A stretch of 63,545 nt of DNA, the filler included, from Octopus bimaculoides (Eukaryota): NCBI RefSeq assembly GCF_001194135.2. It is 7 parts of 6 records of this genome, joined end to end, with 100 filler letters (N's around TTAATTAATTAA, not from the genome) between each part and the next. Parts side by side here need not be neighbours in the genome. Positions count along the whole stretch, not along the records: positions 1 to 13,524 come from NC_068983.1; positions 13,625 to 24,431 come from NC_069003.1; positions 24,532 to 38,194 come from NC_068983.1; 4 more parts are not named here. The stretch is one strand, 5' to 3'. Every line of letters starts with the position of its first letter. Position 1 is the first letter of the stretch. Both the position numbers and the translations under genes were made by a program. This document shows, in pieces, positions 12,805 through 25,317 of the stretch. The notes under the pieces were generated by a model. That model was not told where the DNA came from. It made no database searches and saw only the letters and a list, made by a program, of their open reading frames with translations.

Positions 12805-12998
12805 TATTTTCAAACGCAGGATAATTCTAATAATATAGCATGAACAGGATAGACTATCCATATTTTGCTGAAAAACTTGGTGGCCAGCCATGAAACTCGA
12901 ACTCACATCCCTCTGGGCGCCGACAGATTTTTCTGCAAAATATGGATAATTGATCCTGTTCATGCTATATTATTAGCATTATCCTGCGTTTGAGAATA
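12805..12998. mobile_element. MITE with about 70-bp TIRs
   Basis: TATTTTCAAACGCAGGATAAT...TATCCATATTTTGCTGAAAA is inverted at 12929-12998 with few mismatches. Confidence 0.8.
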
Positions 12999-13084
12999 AC
13001 ATTATTTCCTTATCTGTATCTTTCAATACATCTCAATGCTTCTAAAGCAAATTTTGTTGACTTTCAATGTAAGTTGAATTAAAC

Positions 13085-13118
<34 letters not shown>

Positions 13119-13202
13119 ATGCGCGCGCGTGTGCGTGTGTGTATATGCATGTATGTATGTATGTATGTATCTATCTATCTATCAATCTATCTGTCTATCT
13201 AT

Positions 13203-13246
<44 letters not shown>

Positions 13247-13524
13247 GTAATGGGTAAATATTATTATAAGATCTGGTAATTAGTCATATATTAATATATT
13301 AATTAATATCGATTAATTATCAGGGGGCCAGCACATTTAAAGAATCAAAGAGATTCAGAAATATTATCTGCAATCTCAGGGGATTAAGGTACATTTTAAA
13401 AATAACGTCGACCACTAACGTGGACAATTAATGCGCTAGAAATAGATCACATTTTGTGTCTATTAAGACCTAAAAAGTTCTCAACATGAAATATAGCAGC
13501 ATACCAAAAACGTGAGCGGGCAAG

Positions 13525-13624
13525 NNNNNNNNNNNNNNNNNNNNNNNNNNNNNNNNNNNNNNNNNNNNTTAATTAATTAANNNNNNNNNNNNNNNNNNNN
13601 NNNNNNNNNNNNNNNNNNNNNNNN
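13525..13624. other. Assembly gap marker: 44 N + TTAATTAATTAA + 44 N
   Basis: The identical 100-bp construct also occurs at 24432, 38195, 48915, 55669 and 62143. The 12-mer has stops in all six frames. Confidence 0.95.
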
Positions 13625-13740
13625 TCCTAGTGTATCAAAGAGTACAGTATCCAATTTGCTTCTTTGTCGTAGTCTCCGTTTTTATATTTTTAAAATGGTA
13701 AGAAGGTGTGATGGAACGTTGATTTAGCCTCTATTTCTAG

Positions 13741-13840
13741 CATGTCGAGCAACCACGTCGTGATTTAGCTGCAAGTTTCACATTTCTTTTTATGAGAGGC
13801 TTTCTTCCGAGTTCCAAATATTTAAAATCACCGACGAATG
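13741..13840 (+). CDS. Candidate exon A of a small membrane protein gene
   Basis: TTTCTAG acceptor and GTAAGG donor. Only phase 0 is open (HVEQPRRDLAASFTFLFMRGFLPSSKYLKSPTN), and it ends in phase 1. Confidence 0.4.
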
Positions 13841-13869
13841 GTAAGGTCTTCTTCTTCTTCTTCTTCTTC

Positions 13870-13908
<39 letters not shown>

Positions 13909-14650
13909 TTTTTTTTCTTTTGTTTTCTTCCTATTTCAATTCCGTCGTCTGTTTCTTTGGTTGTCTTCAAAGCTATTTGCTATTTGTATATATTGGCTTC
14001 TATGAAGACGGAAAATAGTTGTTGGTTTGTTCATGCTTCAAAGCTATTTCTTTTAATTTTCCATAATTCAGAACTAGATCTTTCTGTATCCCTTTAATGG
14101 ATATAGAGTCGTTGTAATAATTTTCTAATTTAAAGTTCACATAGCACTGAACGCATGGTAAAATTTAATATTTAGTTTCGTAGTTCAGTTATGTCTTTAT
14201 TTAGTTTCGTAGTTCAGTTATGTCTTTCGAGTCCGCCATTAGGTTTTATGCCAACATCTTGTGATGAAGGTCGAAAGAAGCCACAGAACGAGACCAAGAA
14301 CTATCATCTTGCCTTTTTAGTATTGTCCTGGACATTATTATCTAATGTGTTCTTCCATTCTTCAGTACGAATTTAGTGTGAGTGTGTGTGATGGAGGATT
14401 GTGAGAGATTCGAGTAAAATTTCGTGACTACCATATTTACAAACATCGAAGTCGACGTTGTATATAACATAAACGTGTAAGGTAACCATTCAAACATGGT
14501 CACTATCTGTTGAAATCCTCCAACATATCATATGGAATGATTGATATACCAAAGTCATCTTGGTGGTTTAGTCGGCTTACTTATTTTAGTCATAAACTTT
14601 GATTTGAAAAACTTGACCTGTATGCCGGAAAATACGTTATTTCTTGCTAG

Positions 14651-14686
14651 TCGTACAACCACGAAGAGGTACATTTGGTGCTTCAG
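14651..14686 (+). CDS. Candidate exon B (36 nt, phase 1-1)
   Basis: TTCTTGCTAG acceptor and GTAATA donor. Encodes (V)VQPRRGTFGAS(G), repeating the QPRR motif of exon A. Confidence 0.38.
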
Positions 14687-15264
14687 GTAATACCTAAGAT
14701 TCTTATTTCTTTTTTTTCTTTATATACAAGTAACAAGAGCATCCATCCCTATATTGCTCTCCTATAATTGCTTAATAACTGTCTTTCGGTCAGAAAGTTC
14801 AACATTGTGCTATCGCAGTTTCATTCACAATTCCGTTTTTTTCGACACACACAAAAGGAAAACAAGCAAGTTACTATTCGCAATAAAGAAAAAATAATAG
14901 TAATTGTAATTGGCAAAGAAAAACTACACGCATACACTTAGCTATACGTAAGCATTCGTGCGTACTCATATATCAGTAAAAACACACAAAACTCAATGGA
15001 ATCAAAATGGAAAAAATAAAAATAAAAACACGAAGAAAACAGTCTTTTATTTGAACGAGATAACAGTCTCTGGTAGCCCTGAATATATTTCAATGAATTG
15101 GTTTTAAATTTACTTAGTGGTTTTCTTGGAACTTTTGATATTTTGCTTATTTTGTTGGTGACATTCTGTTACTTCTTGCTTCAATTCAACAAAAACCTTT
15201 ATGTCTGCCCTTCATCAGGCATTGTTACTTATCTAAGTTTGTTTTCTTTGTTCGTCCACACAAT

Positions 15265-15361
<97 letters not shown>

Positions 15362-15593
15362 ATGTATGTATATGTATATGTATATATATACATATATATA
15401 TATGTATATATGTATGTATGTATGTGTGTTATTTCCTGTCTCTCTTATTTCCACTTACCGTTTCTCTCTCTTCCTTTCCTCCTNNNNNNNNNNNNNNNNN
15501 NNNNNNNNNNNNNNNNNNNNNNNNNNNNNNNNNNNNNNNNNNNNNNNNNNNNNNNNNNNNNNNNNNNNNNNNNNNNNNNNNNNCATACATACA

Positions 15594-15621
<28 letters not shown>

Positions 15622-15624
<3 letters not shown>

Positions 15625-15780
15625 TATTTGGGCCCTGGGATATGTAACACACTAAATACCAATCTTGAGAAATTAGGCTTCTCAAAACCAGAAACGAGAA
15701 AGCTAATTCGAAAACAACAGATTCAATCCATCACCGGAACTGTGAAAATCTGTAAAACTTTCCCGAAGTTTATCATTTAT
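15622..15780 (+). mobile_element. RLE-type (R4/Dong-like) LINE C-terminal fragment
   Basis: IIWALGYVTH / LNTNLEKLGFSKPETRKLIRKQQIQSITGTVKICKTF resembles the IGALG end of RLE-clade ORFs. Confidence 0.6.
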
Positions 15781-16115
15781 ATATATATGCGCATATCTAG
15801 ACATGCAATTATGTGCATGGCAATGCATACAAATCTGCACATATATATACATACATACATACATAGCCTGTTGTTGATGTTGAAATTCCAATGAAGGAGC
15901 CTTGGATCTAGGTTAGAATCCGGCTCTTTCTCTATTAGCAAGATATCTGGAAATAAAACTGAACTATATATATATATATATGAAACATTTTTCATCTTTA
16001 TTGCTGTTACTACTTATATATAGCTGTTTGAAACATTAATGCTGAAGTGTTGCCTGGCTTTTTGACCACATGTTGTTTATGATGATGAGGATGATGATGG
16101 TGATGATGATGATCA

Positions 16116-16150
<35 letters not shown>

Positions 16151-16239
16151 CTTGACGTTTAGTTTTTAAGCCTTCCTTGAAAATATGCCAAGGCAAATAT
16201 ATACATATGCAGCATGCATTCATATACACAAATATATGT

Positions 16240-16377
<138 letters not shown>

Positions 16378-16410
16378 ATGCTAGTATGTATGCAAACACA
16401 CACACATGGG

Positions 16411-16466
<56 letters not shown>

Positions 16467-16546
16467 ATAGCAAACACAAACACCCACACATATATATAGA
16501 TAGAAACAAATATAAATACATATTTATATATGTATATGTATGACGT

Positions 16547-16591
<45 letters not shown>

Positions 16592-16616
16592 CTATCTATT
16601 TATCTCTCTCTCTCTT

Positions 16617-16648
<32 letters not shown>

Positions 16649-16667
16649 GCTCTCTCTCTCTCTCTAT

Positions 16668-16835
16668 TTTTGAGGAGGGTGCCAGTCGATTAGATCGATC
16701 CCAGTACGCAACTGGTACTTGATTTATCGACCTCGTAAGTAGGAAAGGCGGAATTTGAACCCAGAACGTTAAAAACAGACGAAATACCGCTAAGCATCTT
16801 GCCCGGCGTGCTAACCATTCTGCCAGCTCGTCCAG
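16668..16835 (-). mobile_element. Family A SINE with internal deletion
   Basis: Homology to 48665. Confidence 0.85.
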
Positions 16836-16969
16836 CCTTTGCATACTTTCTATTGACTCATTCGTTCTTTGTAGGGAATTATTTCGCATAGACCTTGGTT
16901 GTGTCCCAAGTAATTTCTCATTCATCGTTATTGGGAATTCTCACAGTATAGAAGCATGCTCACATGTTC

Positions 16970-17026
<57 letters not shown>

Positions 17027-18009
17027 NNNNNNNNNNNNNNNNNNNNNNNNNNNNNNNNNNNNNNNNNNNNNNNNNNNNNNNNNNNNNNNNNNNNNNNNNN
17101 NNNNNNNNNNNNNNNNNNNNNNNNNNNNNNNNNNNNNNNNNNNNNNNNNNNNNNNNNNNNNNNNNNNNNNNNNNNNNNNNNNNNNNNNNNNNNNNNNNNN
17201 NNNNNNNNNNNNNNNNNNNNNNNNNNNNNNNNNNNNNNNNNNNNNNNNNNNNNNNNNNNNNNNNNNNNNNNNNNNNNNNNNNNNNNNNNNNNNNNNNNNN
17301 NNNNNNNNNNNNNNNNNNNNNNNNNNNNNNNNNNNNNNNNNNNNNNNNNNNNNNNNNNNNNNNNNNNNNNNNNNNNNNNNNNNNNNNNNNNNNNNNNNNN
17401 NNNNNNNNNNNNNNNNNNNNNNNNNNNNNNNNNNNNNNNNNNNNNNNNNNNNNNNNNNNNNNNNNNNNNNNNNNNNNNNNNNNNNNNNNNNNNNNNNNNN
17501 NNNNNNNNNNNNNNNNNNNNNNNNNNNNNNNNNNNNNNNNNNNNNNNNNNNNNNNNNNNNNNNNNNNNNNNNNNNNNNNNNNNNNNNNNNNNNNNNNNNN
17601 NNNNNNNNNNNNNNNNNNNNNNNNNNNNNNNNNNNNNNNNNNNNNNNNNNNNNNNNNNNNNNNNNNNNNNNNNNNNNNNNNNNNNNNNNNNNNNNNNNNN
17701 NNNNNNNNNNNNNNNNNNNNNNNNNNNNNNNNNNNNNNNNNNNNNNNNNNNNNNNNNNNNNNNNNNNNNNNNNNNNNNNNNNNNNNNNNNNNNNNNNNNN
17801 NNNNNNNNNNNNNNNNNNNNNNNNNNNNNNNNNNNNNNNNNNNNNNNNNNNNNNNNNNNNNNNNNNNNNNNNNNNNNNNNNNNNNNNNNNNNNNNNNNNN
17901 NNNNNNNNNNNNNNNNNNCATATATATATATATATCCTTTTTCTTCAATCCTTTACTAAATCCAGTTCGTGAGCCGCAGCCATGCTGGTGCATCACCGTT
18001 TGTTTCGTT

Positions 18010-18320
18010 ACACTCTCACTATTTGAGACCTTCCCCTGATACATGACATTCGGTGAATGAGGAAGTTTTGATATTGCTGCCCTCCTCTGCGTTTTTTGCC
18101 GCGGGGTAGGTTCATCCGAAACTCTTGACAGGGGGAGATCCAGTTTTGTTTTGCAGACACTTATATCCACCCCATGTGGACCTCTCAGGCTTTTTGAGGG
18201 TGGATATAGAAGAGTTGTTGGGCCTTGAAACCCAGTCTGTTGCAGTATCTGGTATTGTATCTTCATGACAATGTTGGGTTTTTTTTTCACAATGTTGAGA
18301 TCTTTAACAATGTGTATGTG
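18010..18320 (-). mobile_element. L2/Crack-like LINE 3' end
   Basis: FQGPTTL...SLRGPHGVDISVCKTKLDLPLSRVSDEP...RAAISKL matches the GP.LFN...FK.KLD.FL..VPDEP...AASNSL terminus of CR1/L2-group ORF2. Confidence 0.6.
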
Positions 18321-18331
18321 TGTATTTGTTT

Positions 18332-18523
18332 TTTCTATTATAGGCACAAGGCCTGAAATTTTGAGGGAGGGAGCTAGTCGATTACATCAACACTAGTGCG
18401 TACCTGGTACTTATTTTACCGAACCAGTGGGCGTCGATGAAATTTGAACTGAGAACTTGAAGACGGACGAATTGCTGCTAAGCAATTTGTACAGCGTGCT
18501 AACGATTCTGCCATCTCACCACT
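18332..18523 (-). mobile_element. Family A SINE
   Basis: Homology to 48665. Confidence 0.85.
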
Positions 18524-18537
18524 TTTATATTTATGTA

Positions 18538-18570
<33 letters not shown>

Positions 18571-19158
18571 NNNNNNNNNNGTTCATCTTTGTGTATATTT
18601 GTATAAGTGTGTATGTGGAAAAGAGAAAGTCTATAATATATGTGTCTGTGTTTGTTTCTCTGTGTGTGTGTATGAGTGTGTGTCTGTGTGTATGTCTGTG
18701 TATAACGCACGTATGTTATGTATGTAAATGAATTAAGCTGATTGCTTTTAAAGGTAATTAAAAGTACTACTTAAAGGCTATCAAGTATCACATTTCTTTT
18801 ATGGAGCAGTGAGAAAGAACGAGCTGCAGACATACGTTGAATGGAATGGAACCCAGAGAGAAAAAAAGATAGAGTGAGAGAGAGAGAGAGAGGGGGGGGG
18901 GAGATAAAGCGAGACAGTAGGAGGTGTAGGAGAGGAGGAGAAGTACATGAGATTGAAAGAAATGGAATTTACCAATGCGAGACAGGAAATTTCAGTCCCA
19001 CATATTTTGGCAAATATTAATGAATATTCTGTCTAAGTAGGATGGAAAAAGGGAGAAGCCGAAGACTGGCCAAATGTTCTTAGTTTACTAGTCTTGAAAT
19101 ATAGCTGAAATATAGCTGACTTGCTGTAGTTGTGATCTCACTTTTCGTTCGTCTTCAG

Positions 19159-19226
19159 GTCTTCTTCTGTTTCTGATTTTTACTTTTATAATCCTATTTC
19201 ATTGTTGGGTCCCTAAAACTAATTTG
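19159..19226 (+). CDS. Candidate exon C (phase 1 to 0), transmembrane segment
   Basis: CTTTTCGTTCGTCTTCAG acceptor and GTAAGC donor. Encodes (G)LLLFLIFTFIILFHCWVPKTNL. Confidence 0.42.
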
Positions 19227-19394
19227 GTAAGCATCGCAATAATATTGTTGGCATTCTTTTGTCTCGGGAGACAATGGAGTTGCGCATTAAAATAATCCAG
19301 TCTGGTTTTTATATTTCATGTCATTTACATCTCCTTTATACTAAAATATTCATCATCTGAAAGTCTCCACTTTTTGGTTTCTGTCGTTTTGCAG

Positions 19395-19451
19395 GCGTTA
19401 TTCAAATCTTTATTCTTCCGACATATGTTTCGAAGAAAATATTGGCATTAA
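19395..19451 (+). CDS. Candidate terminal exon D (phase 0)
   Basis: TTTCTGTCGTTTTGCAG acceptor. Encodes ALFKSLFFRHMFRRKYWH*, with AATAAA at 19458. Confidence 0.4.
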   Translation, partial: ALFKSLFFRHMFRRKYWH

Positions 19452-19989
19452 TATTGGAATAAAATGATGTAAAACAATGCCATCTTTGCTCAGGGATAAA
19501 AAGAGGAACAAAACATCAATAAGCCATTTTAACCGAATGTGATTACTGCGTATATGATGAAGAGAACGCTGGCAAGTTTTTTAATTGATATAACGACTGC
19601 ATTGTTCAATTAAATGGGGCCGCTTGAAACGGTGGTACTGCACCACCATTTGATATCCTGTTGCTAATTTTGATTATATACATATATATACATACACTTA
19701 TGTATATATTATGTGTTAGTAATCCAGATTATTTCCTCATACCAAAAGGTTTCATGTGGTCGAAATTCTTCAAGATTCTACACGGCTTTTACGCAGATGC
19801 GTATTTAGCAATTCTGTACGGACACAGAAAGCTCGTACAAATACACACACACATACACACACACACACACACACGCGCACACCCTACAAACAAACATACA
19901 TACATACATACATACAGACGAATAAAAAATATTCAAGAGTTTTTTCAGTTTCTCTTGGGGTTGATTTCTAAAATTAAATACTGCAAAAA

Positions 19990-20410
19990 AAAATTAAAGA
20001 CGGAATTTTTATAGGACTTCAAATCCAAGGAGTATTAAAAGATAACATTTTTGTTTTATGAAACACCCACTGCATCCGAGTTTAAAGTTTGGCACGCATT
20101 CAAATGGGCCCATTCGAAATTTACAAGAAGTAACAGGCTTCGTTCGTTTCGAAACGGAGTTGGGAATCCGGTCGAAGCAGTCAAAGATATGGATTGATGG
20201 CATCACAAAAACTGTATCGTTTACATTTATACCGAGATTTCTTTCCTGGGAAAGATTTTTGAGCGTTTAGTGACGAACAGGTGAGAGAGATTTCGAAAGG
20301 GCATATTATATCTGTGGATGTTCTCTATCAAAGCAATTTGATTGAAAACATATTGGTACGCGATGAATGCTGGATGTTAAATCGTGATGATGGAAATCGC
20401 CAATTAAAAA
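19990..20410 (+). mobile_element. Decayed DNA transposase C-terminus, probably Chapaev3/CMC-like
   Basis: Frameshifted translation KVWHAFKW...AVKDM...QKLYRLHLYRDFFP...FSDEQ...DECWMLNRD matches the HLDFFPENLGAVSDEQGERFHQ...DYCWMLKRD motif. The superfamily name is from memory. Confidence 0.6.
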
Positions 20411-20639
20411 AAAATGAAACTCATTAATCACATTTTTGATTGCAGATAACTATGTAGCATAATTTATGCGAATATAAACGATGCAATTGTGCTTGTGTAT
20501 AAACACACACATGTATGTATGTATGTATGTATGTATGTATGCATGCATGTATATGTAAGACGTAATTTTGTTTGTGTATACACACACGCGCACATATATC
20601 TATGTGTGTATGCGCGTTTATGTGTGTATATACACACAC

Positions 20640-21075
<436 letters not shown>

Positions 21076-21226
21076 CAAACACACACACACATACACACAC
21101 AAACACACACACATAAATAAATAATAACACACACACACACACACACATAAATAAATAATAAATTTGCCTTTCATCGTTTCGGGGTCGGCAAATTAGGCAC
21201 CAGTAAAATAATGGGGTAGATGAATG

Positions 21227-21268
<42 letters not shown>

Positions 21269-21620
21269 GAGAAAGAGAGAGAGAAGCACACATTTATCTT
21301 TAAGTCTTTATATTAAAGTGCTTATGCGTAAGAGTTGATGCATTTAATGCTTATGGGCGACTATGTACATACGCAATTCTCTTTTTATGCAGCTATGCAA
21401 GTGTGTGTGTCTATATCTAAATGTCTTTCTCTTATGTCTGTCTGCGAGTCTATATATGTATGGGTGTTGAGTCAGTTTGTTTCTATATAGGAAAATAAAT
21501 TATATTTGGTATGTAGAGTTTTAATGAGTGTTACGTATCTCTTACATCACAGATGGTTTTGTGGGTATTTCGTGTGTTTATCTATGTCTGTCTGTCTGTC
21601 TATCTATCTATTTATCTATC

Positions 21621-21724
<104 letters not shown>

Positions 21725-22384
21725 TGTACGTATGTATATACGCACACGTATGTATATATACATATATTTATATACATATATGTGTATGCGTATTTTAATA
21801 TTTCTCTTCGCCATTACGATGCTAATACCCTATAGTTAGAGCCCAAAGTACAAATGATTCAGTGCGAAGCGTTAGCCATGTAGAGAGCGGTAATAAGAAA
21901 TTGGATTGATTAAGGAATGAACAATTATGTGTTATGGACTTCATTAGCTTACAGTTGTTTCCGCTATATGATGCAATGCACTCATAGATGTGTGCTTGAG
22001 TATCACCCTATAGCTTCCTCGAAGCTTCAAACATGCTGCATTGCACCCTATGGCAGAAACGACGGTCTGACCGTTTGCCAAGCAAATGGGAAGCAGTAAT
22101 TAAAGTAGATAGTGAATATGCTCCGGAATATTCATTTAAAGAAGTTTTTGTTAAATATTGTTATTGTTTTTGTTGAATAAAATTTGTTGAAGAAAAAACC
22201 GCAATAATTATGCACCAACCCAAATATATATATATATATATACAAATAATAAATGTATATATGCATATATACGTACATGTATGTACATACTTACATCTAC
22301 CTGTATATATAGATGCATATCTGGGTACAGGTCATTGCAAACAAGAGAGGGAGAAAGTGGTTTACGTCCGCCCAGTGGTATTTT

Positions 22385-22615
22385 TTTTTCATCTCCCCCG
22401 AAGGACGACAGGTAAAGTCGACCTCGGTGGAATTTGAACTCAGGACGTAAAAACGGGCGAAATACCGTTTAGTATTTTGCCTGGTGCGCTAAGGATTATG
22501 CCAGCTCGCTGCCGTGCGTAATATCTTTAAAATACTTTCTAGTATAGCCACAAGACCTGGAATTAGGAGGCGGGGTAAGTCGGCTATGTTCACCCAAGTG
22601 TTCGACTGGTAGTTT
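22385..22615 (-). mobile_element. Family A SINE fragments
   Basis: AAAGTCGACCTCGGTGGAATTTGAACTCAGGACGT. Confidence 0.8.
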
Positions 22616-23273
22616 GTCCGTCGACTCCGTATGTATGTGTGTATATATGTACATACACAGAAACATACATATAAGAGAACACTTACAAATGAAACACATA
22701 CATTAAGAGCCAGTCGATTTAATAACACGGTAGAAATCTACCGTGAAAGTTATGGATACGATGAAAATTACATGAGAATGAGATATAAAGGTTACATATT
22801 GTGGACACTTAATTAAAAGCGAGTTGAACTCAAAATTAATTAAAAGTCATGAGTTTCGGAACCCAGATTAATTATCTTAATATGTATTTGACGAACTAAT
22901 TCTAAAGCTATGTGAATTCTTTTTTCTTAAAAGCTCTCTTGCGTTCCTATGTTTATGATTTTTCTAAGCATAAGCTACAGATTGTGTGAATTAGGTGCGT
23001 TAATTAATTATTAATTAGTTTCTTCTATCAGAAAACAAATTCTAAGATAAGGAAATATCTGAAAGATGGTCGTTTAGATGCGAACACAGGAGAAGAAAAA
23101 ATGGACAAAATTCTTTATTTCTCTCTTGCTTTCTTTACTGAGTATTTTTCGGTATACAAGTCGAATATTTATTTCGGGTCAAAATTTCCTACGTCCAAAG
23201 AGCAAGCAGGAAAAGAAATGGTAGATTAACACCAGACGATTTTGGAGGACCAAAAATTCCATGTGAAATGCAG

Positions 23274-23700
23274 CAGGATTTGGAAAGATACTGACATTGT
23301 ATGTTTACGCTACATGTTTACACTATATACTACTATGTCGACTTGTACTCCAGAAACTGAAGTATGACTGGTTTCATTTATTTCCCATATCCTAATATTA
23401 TATGCCGAATTTTCCAGCATACAAGTTGGATTCTTCAGACAAAACTTTACGGGCAAAACAGATAGGTCACCTTCTATACCAAGATGACTTTGGTATAGAA
23501 GGATTTGGAAAGATAGCGATGATGTTTGCATGTTTACACAGCGTGTTTACATTATATAGTACGTCGGCATTTATATAGTACGTTGCTGGAAAATATATTT
23601 TGGATGGTTTCAATTATTTCCCCTATCCTATTACTATATACTGTACTTTCCAACATACAAATTGAATTCGTCAGACAAAAGTGCTCTAACTTTGCTCTAG
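23274..23700. repeat. Old diverged tandem duplication (period about 230 bp)
   Basis: AGGATTTGGAAAGATA...CATGTTTACAC...GGTTTCA.TTATTTCCC.TATCCTA...CATACAA.TTG.ATTC.TCAGACAAAA occurs twice. Confidence 0.7.
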
Positions 23701-23886
23701 AGATTCTGACACACATACATATACATGCATACATATACCCATATATATACATATATATACATGCATATATATATATCTATATATATACACACACATATAT
23801 ATATATATATCTCCATATATATATACATACATACACACACATACACGTACATATATATTCACATATGAATATATATACATATGAAT

Positions 23887-23920
<34 letters not shown>

Positions 23921-24129
23921 ATATACATATATATGTATACCTGTTTATTATATATCTAAATTAAATGTCTTTGTCAAATCATGCCAAACGGTTAGCCTTC
24001 TCATTTATATGTATATGTATATGTATATAAATGTATGTATATATGTTATACGTGTGTATATACGTATATATGAATGCATATATGTATGCATGTATGTATG
24101 TATATATATATATGTATATATATTCACAC

Positions 24130-24161
<32 letters not shown>

Positions 24162-24169
24162 GTACACAC

Positions 24170-24320
24170 ACACAAATGCGAAGGATTTCATTCAGTTTCC
24201 GTCAATCAAATTCGCTCACAAAGTCTTTGGTCGACCCACAGCCATAGTAGTGCCGCGCAATGGGCCTGAAATCAGAACCATACGGTTGAAAAGTAAACGT
24301 TTTATACAACCACGCCTGCA
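24170..24320 (-). mobile_element. Family B SINE 5' part
   Basis: TTTCATTCAGTTTCCGTCAATCAAATTCGCTCACAAAGTCTTTGGTCGACCC. Confidence 0.7.
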
Positions 24321-24531
24321 ACATTCAGAGACGACATTTTGCTGAAATCTGCATTTTGAAACGATAAGAAAAAAATTTTAAATATGATTTATTTGCAAAG
24401 AGAAAAATCTTTTGTATGAAGTTGATGTGATNNNNNNNNNNNNNNNNNNNNNNNNNNNNNNNNNNNNNNNNNNNNTTAATTAATTAANNNNNNNNNNNNN
24501 NNNNNNNNNNNNNNNNNNNNNNNNNNNNNNN

Positions 24532-25317
24532 TAAGATGTTGTTCGAGCTCTTCTTTCGTGCAATCCAATTTTCCGCTTTTACTTTCAGTAAATAAATGTT
24601 TCGCATATTGATAGGGATTGTTCACAAAGCTACGATAGTTCTTTTCTCTCTCCTTTCTTCTGTTCTTCCTTCTTTCTTTTCTCAGTAGTTCTCGATGCCT
24701 CTTTTTTATCTCTTCATATAGCTGCTTTAGCCCTTCTCTTTCCTTCTCCTTTGCATCCCTCCATCTGGTTCTGAGTTTTTTCTTCTCTTCTCGAATCTTT
24801 GCAATCCGTCTTTCTCTCCTCGATGGTCCGCTCTTTACCGGTGATTCTACCTTCCCTGTTGTTTCCAGTCCAAATCTTTTCTCTCCTTCCTGGTAGATCG
24901 TATAAGTCAGGTTCTCGAGCTTTTGTTCGTCGTCGCCTTTGAATTTGGCGGTCATTCTTGATACCTCGTTGTCGAATTTTTTATAACTCGCTGCGTCATT
25001 TGCTTTCGGCCACTGAATCTTTGTCTTCTTCACGCTTATCACTGTTTGTGAATGTTCTAATTCAACTGTGGAATGTCCCTCGCTATGGTTATTTTCCAGG
25101 AGGTTCTGGCCACACGTCTTACGGTTCATCAACCCGCGTTGTTGAATTACTTTCTTCTGACATACCTTCCCTTGGTGGATTCTGAGCCCGATGTAACTAG
25201 CAAACACCTTTCTGCAGCAGCTGAATTCCTCTTCTACCAATCCTTTACCGCATCCTTTCTCATTATCCATTTCCGGTCCAAGTCTGTTTCGTTTTTTTCC
25301 GTCCCTATTTGATCCTC
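24532..25317 (-). mobile_element. R2-superfamily (HERO-like) LINE ORF N-terminal region, stop-free, truncated by a gap
   Basis: Zinc-finger-like CCRKVFASYIGLRIHQGKVC, then KIQWPKAND, RRERRIAKIREE, EREGLKQL, NPYQYAKHLFTESKSGKL...EELEQHL. Confidence 0.8.

Noticed and set aside
13569-13580. TTAATTAATTAA repeated six times across the window
   Set aside because: It is always centred in 44 N + 44 N. This is an artificial six-frame-stop gap linker, not a biological motif.
21935-22010. Hammerhead 3' half (GAAACAACTGTAAGC, minus strand), with a related copy at 54525-54600
   Set aside because: No recognisable CUGANGA lies upstream in either copy.
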